Source: Nitrospiraceae bacterium
Lineage (GTDB): Bacteria; Nitrospirota; Nitrospiria; Nitrospirales; UBA2166
Reading direction: 5' to 3'
NCBI GenBank assembly: GCA_002726235.1
Contig: PBSN01000001.1
Location: forward strand, 1-61,767
Length of the DNA: 61,767 nt
Shown in pieces: positions 44,284 to 54,327 of this stretch. The notes under the pieces were generated by a model, which saw nothing but the letters and a program-made list of their open reading frames with translations, did no database searches and had not been told where the DNA came from. A program made the position numbers and the translations under genes. Position 1 is the stretch's first letter, and every line of letters starts with the position of its first letter.

Positions 44284-44437
44284 GCAACACAGGCCATAAA
44301 ACATAACGTCAGATTGAACCAAACGTCTCACCCCACCCTTTCAGCTTCAAGGGGCAGGTGATGATATTCATAACGTCCCCCACAACCAACAAGTGAAATA
44401 ACGGGCGTGATAGCGTACATTGCAAATTTAAGAAGTA

Positions 44438-45529
44438 CTACGCTTTTAAAAATTGTTTTCCCTGGCCAACAAGACGATAGGGCTCAATAAATACGCGCCG
44501 ATGCTCATCAGGAATCACCTCACCAATTTTCAGGGCTCGTTTCCCGTGAGAGTGTACAGTTGACAACACACAATCAACGTTAGTCGCCTCAACAATAATG
44601 CAGAAACCGATACCCATGTTGAACACGGCAAACATCTCTTCATGTGAAATGCCCCCTACCTGTTGAATAAGAGAAAAGATTGGCATTGCTTCTGGTACAT
44701 GGTCGAGACGAAACCCGACCTTCGCTTTCACCCGTGACAAATTGAGCAATCCATCACCGGTAATGTGAATCATGGCCTTCACAGACACCCCTCTGCCGAG
44801 AATATCCATCACTTCTTTGACATAAATAGAAGTTGGTCGTAGTAGCTCTTCACCAAGTGTATAAGGCAGCGTTGAAAGTCGAGAGTCAACGGTGTATTGG
44901 CCCTGCTCAAAAAGAACCTTTCTGGCCAGCGTCAGGCCGTTACTGTGAATGCCATTACTCTCTATCCCAATGATCGCATCTCCCACACAAAGATCCTGCC
45001 CGATGATGACCTGATCAAGAGCCACCACACCGATTGCCATTCCAACCAAGTCAAACCCATACCCATCCTTATGTCCCGTAACAACTTCTGGAATCTGCGA
45101 AATTTCCCCACCTGGAATAGAGATCTCAGCCTGTACTGCGCCCTCACACAAACCAATCGAGATGGCTTCAAGCATATCAGGGTGTGGATCCTGCACCCCA
45201 ATATATTCGACCATCGAGATGGGCTTCGCCCCAACACAAAGGAGATCATTGACATTCATTGCGACACAGTCGATTCCGATGGTGTCATATCGATCCATCA
45301 TTTGTGCAATCAGGACCTTAGATCCAACACCATCAGCCGTAATGGCACAGCCAGTTCCACCCAGATCAATCACATTCGCAAAATACCCCCATGGAAGTGT
45401 GACAGATCCGACCCCTCCTCCCTGAGGCCATGTGTGACCGAGTCGCGCAGTAATTCGTTTGAGGGCATCCCCAACACGATCAACCGCAACACCAGCCTTG
45501 TGATGTGGGGCATCAGAATCGTTGCTCAT
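44438..45529 (-). CDS. purM: Phosphoribosylformylglycinamidine cyclo-ligase PurM
   Basis: DGVGSK, GIDCVAMNVND, SNGIHSNG.TLAR, HITGDG, FNMGIGF. Confidence 0.92.
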   Translation of the reverse strand: MSNDSDAPHHKAGVAVDRVGDALKRITARLGHTWPQGGGVGSVTLPWGYFANVIDLGGTGCAITADGVGSKVLIAQMMDRYDTIGIDCVAMNVNDLLCVGAKPISMVEYIGVQDPHPDMLEAISIGLCEGAVQAEISIPGGEISQIPEVVTGHKDGYGFDLVGMAIGVVALDQVIIGQDLCVGDAIIGIESNGIHSNGLTLARKVLFEQGQYTVDSRLSTLPYTLGEELLRPTSIYVKEVMDILGRGVSVKAMIHITGDGLLNLSRVKAKVGFRLDHVPEAMPIFSLIQQVGGISHEEMFAVFNMGIGFCIIVEATNVDCVLSTVHSHGKRALKIGEVIPDEHRRVFIEPYRLVGQGKQFLKA

Positions 45530-45743
45530 ATCTTGCTCGCGCGATATATTTTGCGTATTGGGTCCTCTCAGGAGACACCATTACGATTACATGTAGGCAC
45601 CTTCAGGTCAAGAGATGATGTGGAGAGATAAAACGTTCTAGTCACATTGATCTTAAATCCGTCAAGATGCTAGACTAGCGGTTTCTTGTTCCCAGCTGAA
45701 TTCCATCGTTTCGTCAAGCGTAGCAATTGAGTAGGAGGCTTTG

Positions 45744-47720
45744 ATGTACAAGAGCATTTATGTCCCTGTCGATAACTCTGATCACTCCAATGCGGCCCTC
45801 GACATTGGGGTATCCCTCGCCAAAACCTTTGGTGGGAAAGTTGTCGGGAGCCACGTCTATGCTGCGAAAATGCATGATCGGCGTTTTAAGCAAATGGAAG
45901 CGGGACTACCCGAAGAATATCAGGGAGAAAAGGAACTTGAGCGGCAGCGCCAGATCCATGATTCGCTAATCACACGTGGCCTTGAGATCATTTCGGACTC
46001 CTACATGGACGTCGTCACCAAGAAATGCGGCGATGCCAATGTCCCCCACGAAACGCTGGGCCTCGAAGGACGCAACTTCAAGGTTCTTGTCGAAGACATT
46101 AATACCAATAAGTATGATCTTTCCATCATCGGATCGTTAGGCCTCGGTGCAGTCAAAGACAGCGTTATCGGAAGCGTCTGCGAACGTGTAGTCAGACGAG
46201 TACGAACGTCCGACGTACTGGTGGTCAAGGACACCGCTCCAATGAATGGTGGTTCCATCGTTGTTGCGGTCGACGGCAGCCCCCTTTCATTTGGAGGTCT
46301 CAAAACCGGCATTGCCCTTGGAAAAGCGCTCAACAAGCCGGTTGAGGCAATCGCCGCCTTTGATCCCTATTTCCACTACGCAGCATTTCATAGCATCTCT
46401 GGAGTTTTGAGTGAGGAGGCAGGGAAAGTCTTCAGATTTAAAGAACAGGAAAAACTCCATGAGGAGATCATCGACAGCGGACTTGCAAAAATTTATCAGT
46501 CACATCTCGATGTGTCACGAGATGTTGCACAAGAAGATGGCGCAGACATCAAAACAACACTGCTCGATGGAAAAGCCTTCGAGAAGATCCTCAGATACGC
46601 TCGCCAAGTAAACCCATGGTTGCTCATTGTCGGGCGTATTGGAATCCACAGCGACGATGAGATGGATATCGGCAGTAATACCGAAAACCTCCTGAGATCC
46701 CTTCCGTGCAATGTTCTAGTATCAAACCGGGCGTTTATTCCTCCGGTAGATACCCAAGCCGAGTACACCATGGCGTGGTCTGAAGAAGCGCTTCGCCGTA
46801 TGGAGAAAATTCCGATCTTCGCCCGCGGTGTTGCCAAAACCGCGATTCATCGTTACGCCATTGAAAAAGGGTATACCATCATCAGCAACTCCGTCGTAGA
46901 CGAAGCGATTGGAACTATTCTCCCCAAATCAGCCTTGGACTCGATGCGAGCCCTCGGGGAAACACTTGATAAGCAAGACATCGACCGGAATACTATGCAG
47001 GGTGACGATTCTGTAGCCAAAGACCTTATGGAAAATACCCTCAGCGGAATGATGGCGGGAGTTGTTGAGGAGAGCGGAGGAGAAACAAAAGCGCGTGATT
47101 ACTATGTGTGCAAAAACTGCGGGCATATCGGAAAGGGTGCCAAACCCGTTACCTGCCCTGTATGTCCGGCATCCGGTGACTCCTTTGAGCTAGTGGATAA
47201 AGCAATCTTTGAAGCGGCCGCAGAAGTTGAGGGAAACATCGAATCTGAATATGCCTACGACGACGTGGCGATTCAATGGACCAGCACCGCAAAGCAGGCC
47301 ATTCGTACCGTACCGGCTGGATACCAACGCCGACGATGCAAAGCACAGATCGAAAAGTCTGCACGAAAACTTGGCATGACAACGATCACTGAAAAATATG
47401 CGGGGCCAATGATTGCCGAGGCTATTGCATCTCCCTCCAGCAGAGAAAGCACAACGCCGCAAGCCTCCCCTCAGGCAAACACATCCAGCCCATGCATCTG
47501 GACCGACAGTGCCAAAGCTCGCATTGAGAGGGTCCCTGAAGGATATATGCGCGACTGCACACGAGCGTTAGTGGAAAAGTACGCCAAAGAAAACGGAATC
47601 ACGAACATAACGCTCGATGTTGCCACAATCGGAATCGACCAAGGCAAAGTCACGATGGAAAAAGCCATGAAGACTGGGAATGTGAAAGAGGTCATCGACC
47701 AGATCCTCAAACTCGAATGA
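45744..47720 (+). CDS. Multidomain protein: two universal stress protein domains, three PCP_red-like domains and a rubredoxin-like domain
   Basis: IYVPVDNS..IGSVCERVVR; IVVAVDGS..IGSNTENLL; three W(S/T)..A.....(I/V)P motifs; YVCKNCG..TCPVCP. Confidence 0.82.
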   Translation: MYKSIYVPVDNSDHSNAALDIGVSLAKTFGGKVVGSHVYAAKMHDRRFKQMEAGLPEEYQGEKELERQRQIHDSLITRGLEIISDSYMDVVTKKCGDANVPHETLGLEGRNFKVLVEDINTNKYDLSIIGSLGLGAVKDSVIGSVCERVVRRVRTSDVLVVKDTAPMNGGSIVVAVDGSPLSFGGLKTGIALGKALNKPVEAIAAFDPYFHYAAFHSISGVLSEEAGKVFRFKEQEKLHEEIIDSGLAKIYQSHLDVSRDVAQEDGADIKTTLLDGKAFEKILRYARQVNPWLLIVGRIGIHSDDEMDIGSNTENLLRSLPCNVLVSNRAFIPPVDTQAEYTMAWSEEALRRMEKIPIFARGVAKTAIHRYAIEKGYTIISNSVVDEAIGTILPKSALDSMRALGETLDKQDIDRNTMQGDDSVAKDLMENTLSGMMAGVVEESGGETKARDYYVCKNCGHIGKGAKPVTCPVCPASGDSFELVDKAIFEAAAEVEGNIESEYAYDDVAIQWTSTAKQAIRTVPAGYQRRRCKAQIEKSARKLGMTTITEKYAGPMIAEAIASPSSRESTTPQASPQANTSSPCIWTDSAKARIERVPEGYMRDCTRALVEKYAKENGITNITLDVATIGIDQGKVTMEKAMKTGNVKEVIDQILKLE

Positions 47721-47794
47721 TCGAGACTTGCTTGATAACTCACCTTAATAATACATCATGATGGTTTTGTTGTGATACTTGGAAGTAGCGTTCG

Positions 47795-48280
47795 ATGACC
47801 GAAATTATCCCATCCCTGAACCATTGGGTTCACCTCATGTCTGCCATCATCTGGATAGGTGGTGCTATATTTCTTGCTATCGCAGTGACACCGATCTTAC
47901 GAAAACATGTCGCGCCAGACCTTGCAGGAAAATTGGCTGCTGGAATGTACAAAAAATATCAACGAGTGGTTGGAGTCCTGTTTCTCATCATTCTCGTCAC
48001 AGGTGGCATTAACCTTCACTTTGTTCGCATTCGCCTTGGCGGGACGCTTGACCAATTCTACATTACCATCCTCTCCGCCAAGCTAGTGCTTGTCATGGTT
48101 CTTATGACATTGTTCCTCTACAATGCCCTGTTCTGGTCACCTGCAACCCCGGACAAATCTTCCTCAGATGACGAGGACACTGATCCCCCAGACACACGGT
48201 TTCCATTTCAACGCACAACGGTTTTGGCCGGCATTCTCGTCGTGCTAATGGCTGCAATCCTCAAACACCTTCATTTGTAA
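47795..48280 (+). CDS. CopD/DUF4149-like four-TM membrane protein
   Basis: WVHLMSAIIWIGG..LVTGG.N..LSAKL. Confidence 0.7.
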   Translation: MTEIIPSLNHWVHLMSAIIWIGGAIFLAIAVTPILRKHVAPDLAGKLAAGMYKKYQRVVGVLFLIILVTGGINLHFVRIRLGGTLDQFYITILSAKLVLVMVLMTLFLYNALFWSPATPDKSSSDDEDTDPPDTRFPFQRTTVLAGILVVLMAAILKHLHL

Positions 48281-48368
48281 TCAAAATGCATGTGCGCTAC
48301 ACTGCCCTCGGTACTCAGAATCATCACATTCCGCGCCAATAGAACTCTACACACCAGCTAACTAAAAG

Positions 48369-48944
48369 ATGAATGAGTTGATGTCGAACACTTTATGTTG
48401 TAGTTCCCTTCGCATTCTTGCCTTGGGTTTTTTTCTTCATTTGTTCCTCGCCGTACCTGCACATTCAACGTCCAACGATTTGCCTGACTGGGAAATGTGT
48501 CTCGCGATATCAGCGAAGAAAGTTGGTGTCCCAACCACCCTGCTTCATGCAATCGTCGATGTCGAATCAAACGGGCATCCATGGGCATTTGGTTTCAGAA
48601 ACAAAAACGGGAAATGGGCCAGTCGATATTTGGATGATCGACAAACCGCAGAAGAATTTCTTCGCTATCTGTGGAAGGAGCAATTGCACTTTGATGCGGG
48701 CTTAGCGCAAATTAGTAGCCCAAACCTCAAACGGTTTTGGAAAACTAAAGGCATTTCTCCTCTTGATGCCCTCGAGCCATGCACCAATCTCCAGCTCGCC
48801 GCAATCGTGCTTGGTGAACAGATTGAAAAACACGGTTACACCTGGCGCGCAGTTGCCGGGTACAACGGATCCGTAAAATACATTCCACGCGTGTGGAAAG
48901 CACTCTGCCAGCGACAACCAATGGCAGGCTGTCCACGCGGGTGA
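48369..48944 (+). CDS. Secreted lytic transglycosylase (SLT, VirB1-like)
   Basis: Signal peptide; AIVDVES catalytic Glu, DAGLAQI, AVAGYN. Confidence 0.85.
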   Translation: MNELMSNTLCCSSLRILALGFFLHLFLAVPAHSTSNDLPDWEMCLAISAKKVGVPTTLLHAIVDVESNGHPWAFGFRNKNGKWASRYLDDRQTAEEFLRYLWKEQLHFDAGLAQISSPNLKRFWKTKGISPLDALEPCTNLQLAAIVLGEQIEKHGYTWRAVAGYNGSVKYIPRVWKALCQRQPMAGCPRG

Positions 48945-50239
48945 CCTCCATCCCATCAAGGACACGTTGGGCCATTCTCGGCCTGCTCTTCCTGATTAGC
49001 GTCATCACCTACATCGACCGAGTGAATATCTCTGTCGCCGCCAAAGACATGATGCCAGCGATAGGTCTGACGCCAATTGAAATGGGAAATATTTTCTCGG
49101 CATTTGTGCTGGGGTATGCACTGTTTCAAATTCCAGGTGGATGGCTTGGTGATCGATTCGGACCACGCCTCGTCCTCACAGTGGCAGTCATTTGGTGGTC
49201 CATATTTACCGTTCTGACCGCGTGGGCCCCCTCACTCCCAACTGCAACAGTTTTTGGGACCATTGGTTCGTTCATGCTCATACGATTTTTAATCGGCATG
49301 GGAGAAGCAGCTGCTTTGCCAAACTTTGCCCGAACTATCGCTAATTGGTTTGGGCCACATGAACGAGGATTTGGCATGGGCCTTTCGATTGGAGGTATCG
49401 GAATTGGCTCAGCCATAACTCCCCCACTCACCGCGTGGCTTATGCTCACCTACAATTGGCAAACACCATTCTACGTCACTGGCATAGCAGGCATTCTGAT
49501 TGGAACAATTTGGTACGTGTTGGCAACTGATCACCCCGAACAACACCCTCATGTCAATCAAGCAGAACTCAAGATCATCAAACAGATTGCAAACGATGAT
49601 GCACCCAAGTGTCGCCAAAAATCCCCAATTCCATGGTGTGCTTTTGCGCTCAACCGATCAGTATGGCTGATAACGATGAGCTATACTTGTCTTGGCTATG
49701 TTGCCTATGTATATCTCTCCTGGTTTTATCTTTACCTGGTCAACGTCCGCGATTTCGATGTATTGAAAGGTGCTTTTTTCGCCGCAGGGCCATTCATTGC
49801 AATTGCCATTCTCTGTCCGTTGGGAGGATGGGTTTCAGACCGATGCTGTCAAGTATGGGGGATTACTATTGGCCGTTCCATAGTGGGATGTTTTGGAATG
49901 GCATCTGCGGCGGCATTTATTGCAACCGGCATACAGATTTCCCAATCCTATACGGCAATCCTGTTCTTATCGTTGGGTGCGGGCTGTCTATACTTCAGCG
50001 TGGGATCGTTCTGGGCAAGTACGATTGATCTGTCAAAGAATCACTCCGGAACCCTATCGGGGATCATGAATACCGGAGGAAATCTCGGCGGGACTCTCTC
50101 CCCAACCCTCACACCATGGCTGGCGGAAAAATTCGGATGGACGGTCTCACTGCACGTGGCAGCGGCCATCGCATTTCTGGGGGCAATGCTCTGGATCTTC
50201 GTGAAAGCCGGGGAGCAAATCGAGGAAAGTAATGCGTAG
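48941..50239 (+). CDS. MFS transporter (anion:cation symporter family)
   Basis: TYIDRVNISVA, QIPGGWLGDRFGPR, RFLIGMGEA; GTG start overlaps the SLT stop. Confidence 0.9.
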   Translation: MTSIPSRTRWAILGLLFLISVITYIDRVNISVAAKDMMPAIGLTPIEMGNIFSAFVLGYALFQIPGGWLGDRFGPRLVLTVAVIWWSIFTVLTAWAPSLPTATVFGTIGSFMLIRFLIGMGEAAALPNFARTIANWFGPHERGFGMGLSIGGIGIGSAITPPLTAWLMLTYNWQTPFYVTGIAGILIGTIWYVLATDHPEQHPHVNQAELKIIKQIANDDAPKCRQKSPIPWCAFALNRSVWLITMSYTCLGYVAYVYLSWFYLYLVNVRDFDVLKGAFFAAGPFIAIAILCPLGGWVSDRCCQVWGITIGRSIVGCFGMASAAAFIATGIQISQSYTAILFLSLGAGCLYFSVGSFWASTIDLSKNHSGTLSGIMNTGGNLGGTLSPTLTPWLAEKFGWTVSLHVAAAIAFLGAMLWIFVKAGEQIEESNA

Positions 50240-50379
50240 GCCAAAGCGACTCCACTCTTCTCTTAAACATCTCCTTATCTGTTCCATCACGTACTCGTAA
50301 ATCAGACTCGCCATGATGGGCTGGGAAGACAGCTCGGATTGCTTGCTTTGCATCTTGCAATAATGGTCTTCGGTAATAT

Positions 50380-51576
50380 TTAGGACAAGGGCTTTAAAAT
50401 CAGCGCGTCAAACGCTCCCTTCAGTACTTTTCGATCCATGCAGGTTGCTGCTGGCTTCTCGACATCCTTTACCTTGCGTTCGTCATAGATGTAGTCTGCG
50501 ATGGTTTTAGCTAGAGCCGTCGTTAAGATGGGTTGCATGGAACCTAATGCTCGACGCTTGGCTTCGTCAAACGAGAGATGGCCTTCTTTTCCAAAATGCG
50601 AGAGTGCTCCAATGATACGGTGAGTGTCCATTTCGACGACGACAAAATCCATGCACCACCGAACAAATGTAAAGACCGGATCCGGAATCATGGCTGGCCA
50701 AAACTCTGCCTTTCCACGGACTACGAGGTTCGGTCCTGCCATTACCCCACCCTCTCCGCTAAACTGCGAGGCCGACTTTGACAGATCCAAACGATCTGCA
50801 GTCACCGGCAAACCTTCTCGAATCAACCCTTCAGCAACTGCACGCCGAACGAGTTCTGCTTCATCTCCAGTCACTTCCACCGCAATGACTAGATGCTTAG
50901 CGAGTAACCGACTGAGTTCCGATCTGAGTTTGGGAATCTCATATGGAGCATCACCACCCACCGCAGTTGGCTTTATGACCCGCAGATCTTCAATATAGGT
51001 CTTCCTTATCCCAAGATCACTGATTGCTTTGCGAAGATATTTGACACGCTGAAGACTCCCACTGAACGGGCCAGGATTTCTCGATTTCTCAACATAGTAA
51101 ATGATTTCGGCATCAAGATCGGCAATGCGCGCCGTGAAGCTAGCACCGACAGTATCAAGATTCATCACTGCAAGCGCGAAATGAGTCCCTGTTTTTTTAT
51201 CATGCCAATTTTGAGCAATACGAACATCCTCAAGGACCTTGTCAGTAGAAACTTCAATGCGCCTATCGATATCAACCTCGTGGATACTCATGGCACTTGA
51301 ACCACTGTCACGAGTCACATATGATTCGATGTCGAGGTCATGCACCATCACCCTCGCTCGAAGTACTTTTGCGATCGCCACATACGCTTTATTCTCTGCA
51401 CTCTCACGTGATTTTGATTGTCCAATGCCCTTGAGAAACCGCTCAGGAGGATATTCAACGCTCGGCCCATTTATCCATCCTGGAGCAGATTTGTTCACAA
51501 AACGCACACCACAACCAGCCAACAGAATACATAGGAAAATAAGCAATACAACCTCAACGAGACCATGTTGTTTCAT
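50380..51576 (-). CDS. LPP20-domain lipoprotein
   Basis: Lipobox LAGC; APGWI..YP...FL.GIG..AE..A..AIAK. Confidence 0.7.
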   Translation of the reverse strand: MKQHGLVEVVLLIFLCILLAGCGVRFVNKSAPGWINGPSVEYPPERFLKGIGQSKSRESAENKAYVAIAKVLRARVMVHDLDIESYVTRDSGSSAMSIHEVDIDRRIEVSTDKVLEDVRIAQNWHDKKTGTHFALAVMNLDTVGASFTARIADLDAEIIYYVEKSRNPGPFSGSLQRVKYLRKAISDLGIRKTYIEDLRVIKPTAVGGDAPYEIPKLRSELSRLLAKHLVIAVEVTGDEAELVRRAVAEGLIREGLPVTADRLDLSKSASQFSGEGGVMAGPNLVVRGKAEFWPAMIPDPVFTFVRWCMDFVVVEMDTHRIIGALSHFGKEGHLSFDEAKRRALGSMQPILTTALAKTIADYIYDERKVKDVEKPAATCMDRKVLKGAFDALILKPLS

Positions 51577-51580
51577 CGCT

Positions 51581-53056
51581 CTACAACACCGTCCTATGGC
51601 TGAGAACCTTTAGCTCACCAATTGCAATCTCAACAGATGGGAACGCCTTCTCATCAAGGACTTTTCCATTCCGCCCTACATGGCGAACATGAAGCTCATA
51701 CGTTCCAGGCTGAACACGAACACGTGCCAACTGAATCTCATCAGGCAACGTCCGCCAGCTGCGTATATCAACCTGCTCAGTAATGGACCCCGCAAGTGTG
51801 GCGATAAAACCAACCAAACGTCCCAGGTCTTTCTTGTCTGTCGCTTGAGCAACTTCGCGCTCAGCAGCTTTGACAAGCGCAAATTTCAGAGCCGCTCGCG
51901 CAACCGCTCGTGAACTTTCCCACACAAGACGATCATCCAAATCCTGCTTTGCAATTTCTGTCACATCTTCCATGAGGACGGTACGCACAGTCTTGGTTTT
52001 CCCTCCCCCAATCAACGAGATTTCAGTGTGATTGACTTTGGATGGCTGCGAATCAAATTTGGGGAGGGCGACGCTAAATACATTCCCAGTCAGACCATAC
52101 AAAATATTCTGCGCCACACGACCATTTTTTGACGACTTGAGATCACGCGTCGCAAAAATCATCCCCAATGCCCGCATACTAAACGGAAGATCGATAAACT
52201 CTCCAGTTTTTTTGGGTGCTCGCCCATGGAAGCTGATCACCACGAGTTCACCAAACTCTTGTACCTCATCAGGAGATTGCCATGTCGCATCAGGAAAGTC
52301 TTGCTGGTATTTTTCAAACTCCTCTTCAAGGTTGAGCGCAACGCTCAGTCGAAGCAGGTCCTCTCCAAGAAGAGATGGAATGGAAGTTCCGTACACAGCG
52401 TGGTGAAGTTGAAACGCCTCATAGGCAAGACGATACGCAACGAACGCATCCTCCAACTCCCCACGAGATTCGAACAGCAACCCAGTCAGATAGCGTGCGA
52501 AGGCATCTTGTGTATAGGCATAGGTGTTTTCTGCGCGGTCTGACAAAACATTGAGTATATGATCAATCTTCCGTGCTTCGACCAGCGCATCATCAAACAG
52601 CCCTTGATATGTATAATTCAAGGCCATAATGACGTGGATCAATACCTGCTCAAAGTGCTCACCTTCATACGGCAGTATATTGTCGTTGATCAACAACGCC
52701 ACTGCCTCCGAGCTAATTCGACGTGTATACAAATCCTTGATCATATGTTCAGCTCTCTCAAAAAACATGGTACTTTCCTGATACCGTCCGGACAGATGTA
52801 GCAACATGCCACGATCCATCGCGTAGAGGACTTGGTTCTCTTTTCCATACTCGTCCTTGTGTTTTTCGACAAGTGCGTCCGCAACCTCTGGCTTCCCTTT
52901 GGCAAGAGCCTGGTCGACCTGCACATAATGACTTTGGATGGAACTGCAACTCACCCCCATAGCGAAGATGAGCAGGGGAATACCGAGAGAAGCAATGGTC
53001 AGAAAATTACGCGCTTTCGTTCGACAACTTTCTTGAGTTTCTTCTGCCCAAACCAT
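51581..53056 (-). CDS. COG3014-like TPR lipoprotein (true start probably slightly downstream)
   Basis: Lipobox GVSC; PYEGEHFE..ALVEAR..D.RSWRTLP. Confidence 0.78.
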   Translation of the reverse strand: MVWAEETQESCRTKARNFLTIASLGIPLLIFAMGVSCSSIQSHYVQVDQALAKGKPEVADALVEKHKDEYGKENQVLYAMDRGMLLHLSGRYQESTMFFERAEHMIKDLYTRRISSEAVALLINDNILPYEGEHFEQVLIHVIMALNYTYQGLFDDALVEARKIDHILNVLSDRAENTYAYTQDAFARYLTGLLFESRGELEDAFVAYRLAYEAFQLHHAVYGTSIPSLLGEDLLRLSVALNLEEEFEKYQQDFPDATWQSPDEVQEFGELVVISFHGRAPKKTGEFIDLPFSMRALGMIFATRDLKSSKNGRVAQNILYGLTGNVFSVALPKFDSQPSKVNHTEISLIGGGKTKTVRTVLMEDVTEIAKQDLDDRLVWESSRAVARAALKFALVKAAEREVAQATDKKDLGRLVGFIATLAGSITEQVDIRSWRTLPDEIQLARVRVQPGTYELHVRHVGRNGKVLDEKAFPSVEIAIGELKVLSHRTVL

Positions 53057-53661
53057 GCTTTGACGTTGTTCTCAATATTAACGAGCTCCAGATCAACCTG
53101 ATAGAACACTGCCCTTGTTCCAGCATCCTCATCAAGAATCGTATTGATAGTTCCTTGAAGCATAAAATCAGCGCCAATTTCCTTGCTCGGCCCCTTTTGT
53201 GTGGATTCTACTGCATGCATCGCCTGTTCACGACGCTCAGCACGAATCTCCTCACGCGCTCCCCGCCCAGCAACAAACATAACCTGTTGTGAATTTGTCA
53301 GCTCTCGCTCCAGATCTTTCATAAACGTCTGCACGTTGATGTGTTCATGACTACGATTCACCACACGCCCAACCACGACAACAGGCTGTGTGTTATGGGA
53401 TATCATATAGCTTTTCAACCACGGCCGTTCTACCGCTTCCTTCACCATTGCCTCAGCCACCAAACGAGAATCAGTATCATTCCAGCGACCACTGAGGTCA
53501 ACGACAGTTCCCGTGTCAACACGCGAAACTCGGGTCGCCGAACAGGCAACCACCGCCACAACAATGATCCCAAGACAGACAAACGCGAGCATCGAACGCC
53601 AATACTGCGTTCGGATAGAATTAACGCCAAACATCATATTTCCGGATCTATTCTTCGCCAC
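52999..53661 (-). CDS. lpoB: LpoB-family (COG3417) lipoprotein
   Basis: VDLSGRWNDTD, NRSHEHI, IGADFMLQG.I, YQVDLELV. Confidence 0.8.
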   Translation of the reverse strand: MAKNRSGNMMFGVNSIRTQYWRSMLAFVCLGIIVVAVVACSATRVSRVDTGTVVDLSGRWNDTDSRLVAEAMVKEAVERPWLKSYMISHNTQPVVVVGRVVNRSHEHINVQTFMKDLERELTNSQQVMFVAGRGAREEIRAERREQAMHAVESTQKGPSKEIGADFMLQGTINTILDEDAGTRAVFYQVDLELVNIENNVKAWFGQKKLKKVVERKRVIF

Positions 53662-53694
53662 ACTACGTGAGTTTGAGTCATATCACACCGCAGT

Positions 53695-54255
53695 TCACTG
53701 ATTACGTTCAGATTCCTCTGCACCGAGATGATCGAATAACCGCACAGCATTCTTCCGTAAGTACTCACGAACCTCACCATTGAATGCTTTAACCCGCTCG
53801 ATTTGCGCCTCAAAGTCATCGAGATCAAGTTTGGCAAGTGAATAGGTAATATCCTCATCCTTGTCGGTCCAATGATTCACGATCTGCACACCGCTTAGCG
53901 TGGTGGCTGAAAAAGTTTTAAGCGCCTGCTCTATCAGTTGTTCTTCGGTGGACTCTGCAAAATCTCCCACAACACTTGATGCGGCATAGTCACGAATCAA
54001 ACTTGCTGAATATGTTTCGAGAATCTTTCCTAATTCCGCACGCGCCCGATTGTCCGCAGCATTGGTTGCCAAAGGCGGATTGTGTATCCCCTTAATCGCA
54101 CCAACCCCGTAGAACGCCTTGGTGTCACTTTGAAATGCCCCACTTCCCTTCTTGACCCATGCTGGCGGTCCTCCAAAACACCCCTGCAAGAACAGCGGAA
54201 CCAAAACCAAGCTAGAGATCATAAATACGATCATCCACAGGGTTTTTCTGGCCAT
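53695..54255 (-). CDS. LPP20-like lipoprotein
   Basis: Lipobox LQGC; PAWV..FYGVG..ADNRARAEL. Confidence 0.75.
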   Translation of the reverse strand: MARKTLWMIVFMISSLVLVPLFLQGCFGGPPAWVKKGSGAFQSDTKAFYGVGAIKGIHNPPLATNAADNRARAELGKILETYSASLIRDYAASSVVGDFAESTEEQLIEQALKTFSATTLSGVQIVNHWTDKDEDITYSLAKLDLDDFEAQIERVKAFNGEVREYLRKNAVRLFDHLGAEESERNQ

Positions 54256-54327
54256 CTGATCACCTCCGTATCACATGTTCACCACGCAGAAGAGGCTACC
54301 ACGCTCCACTTCTAAACGTAGAACCTT

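Noticed and set aside
19455..44437. tRNA-anchored integrative element or prophage
   Set aside because: No integrase, transposase or phage structural gene, and no repeat of the tRNA 3' end was found by eye
44897..45631. 244-aa + strand ORF and similar long antisense ORFs (23378-23881, 26301-26900)
   Set aside because: Antisense shadows of purM and the Sel1 genes with no recognisable motifs
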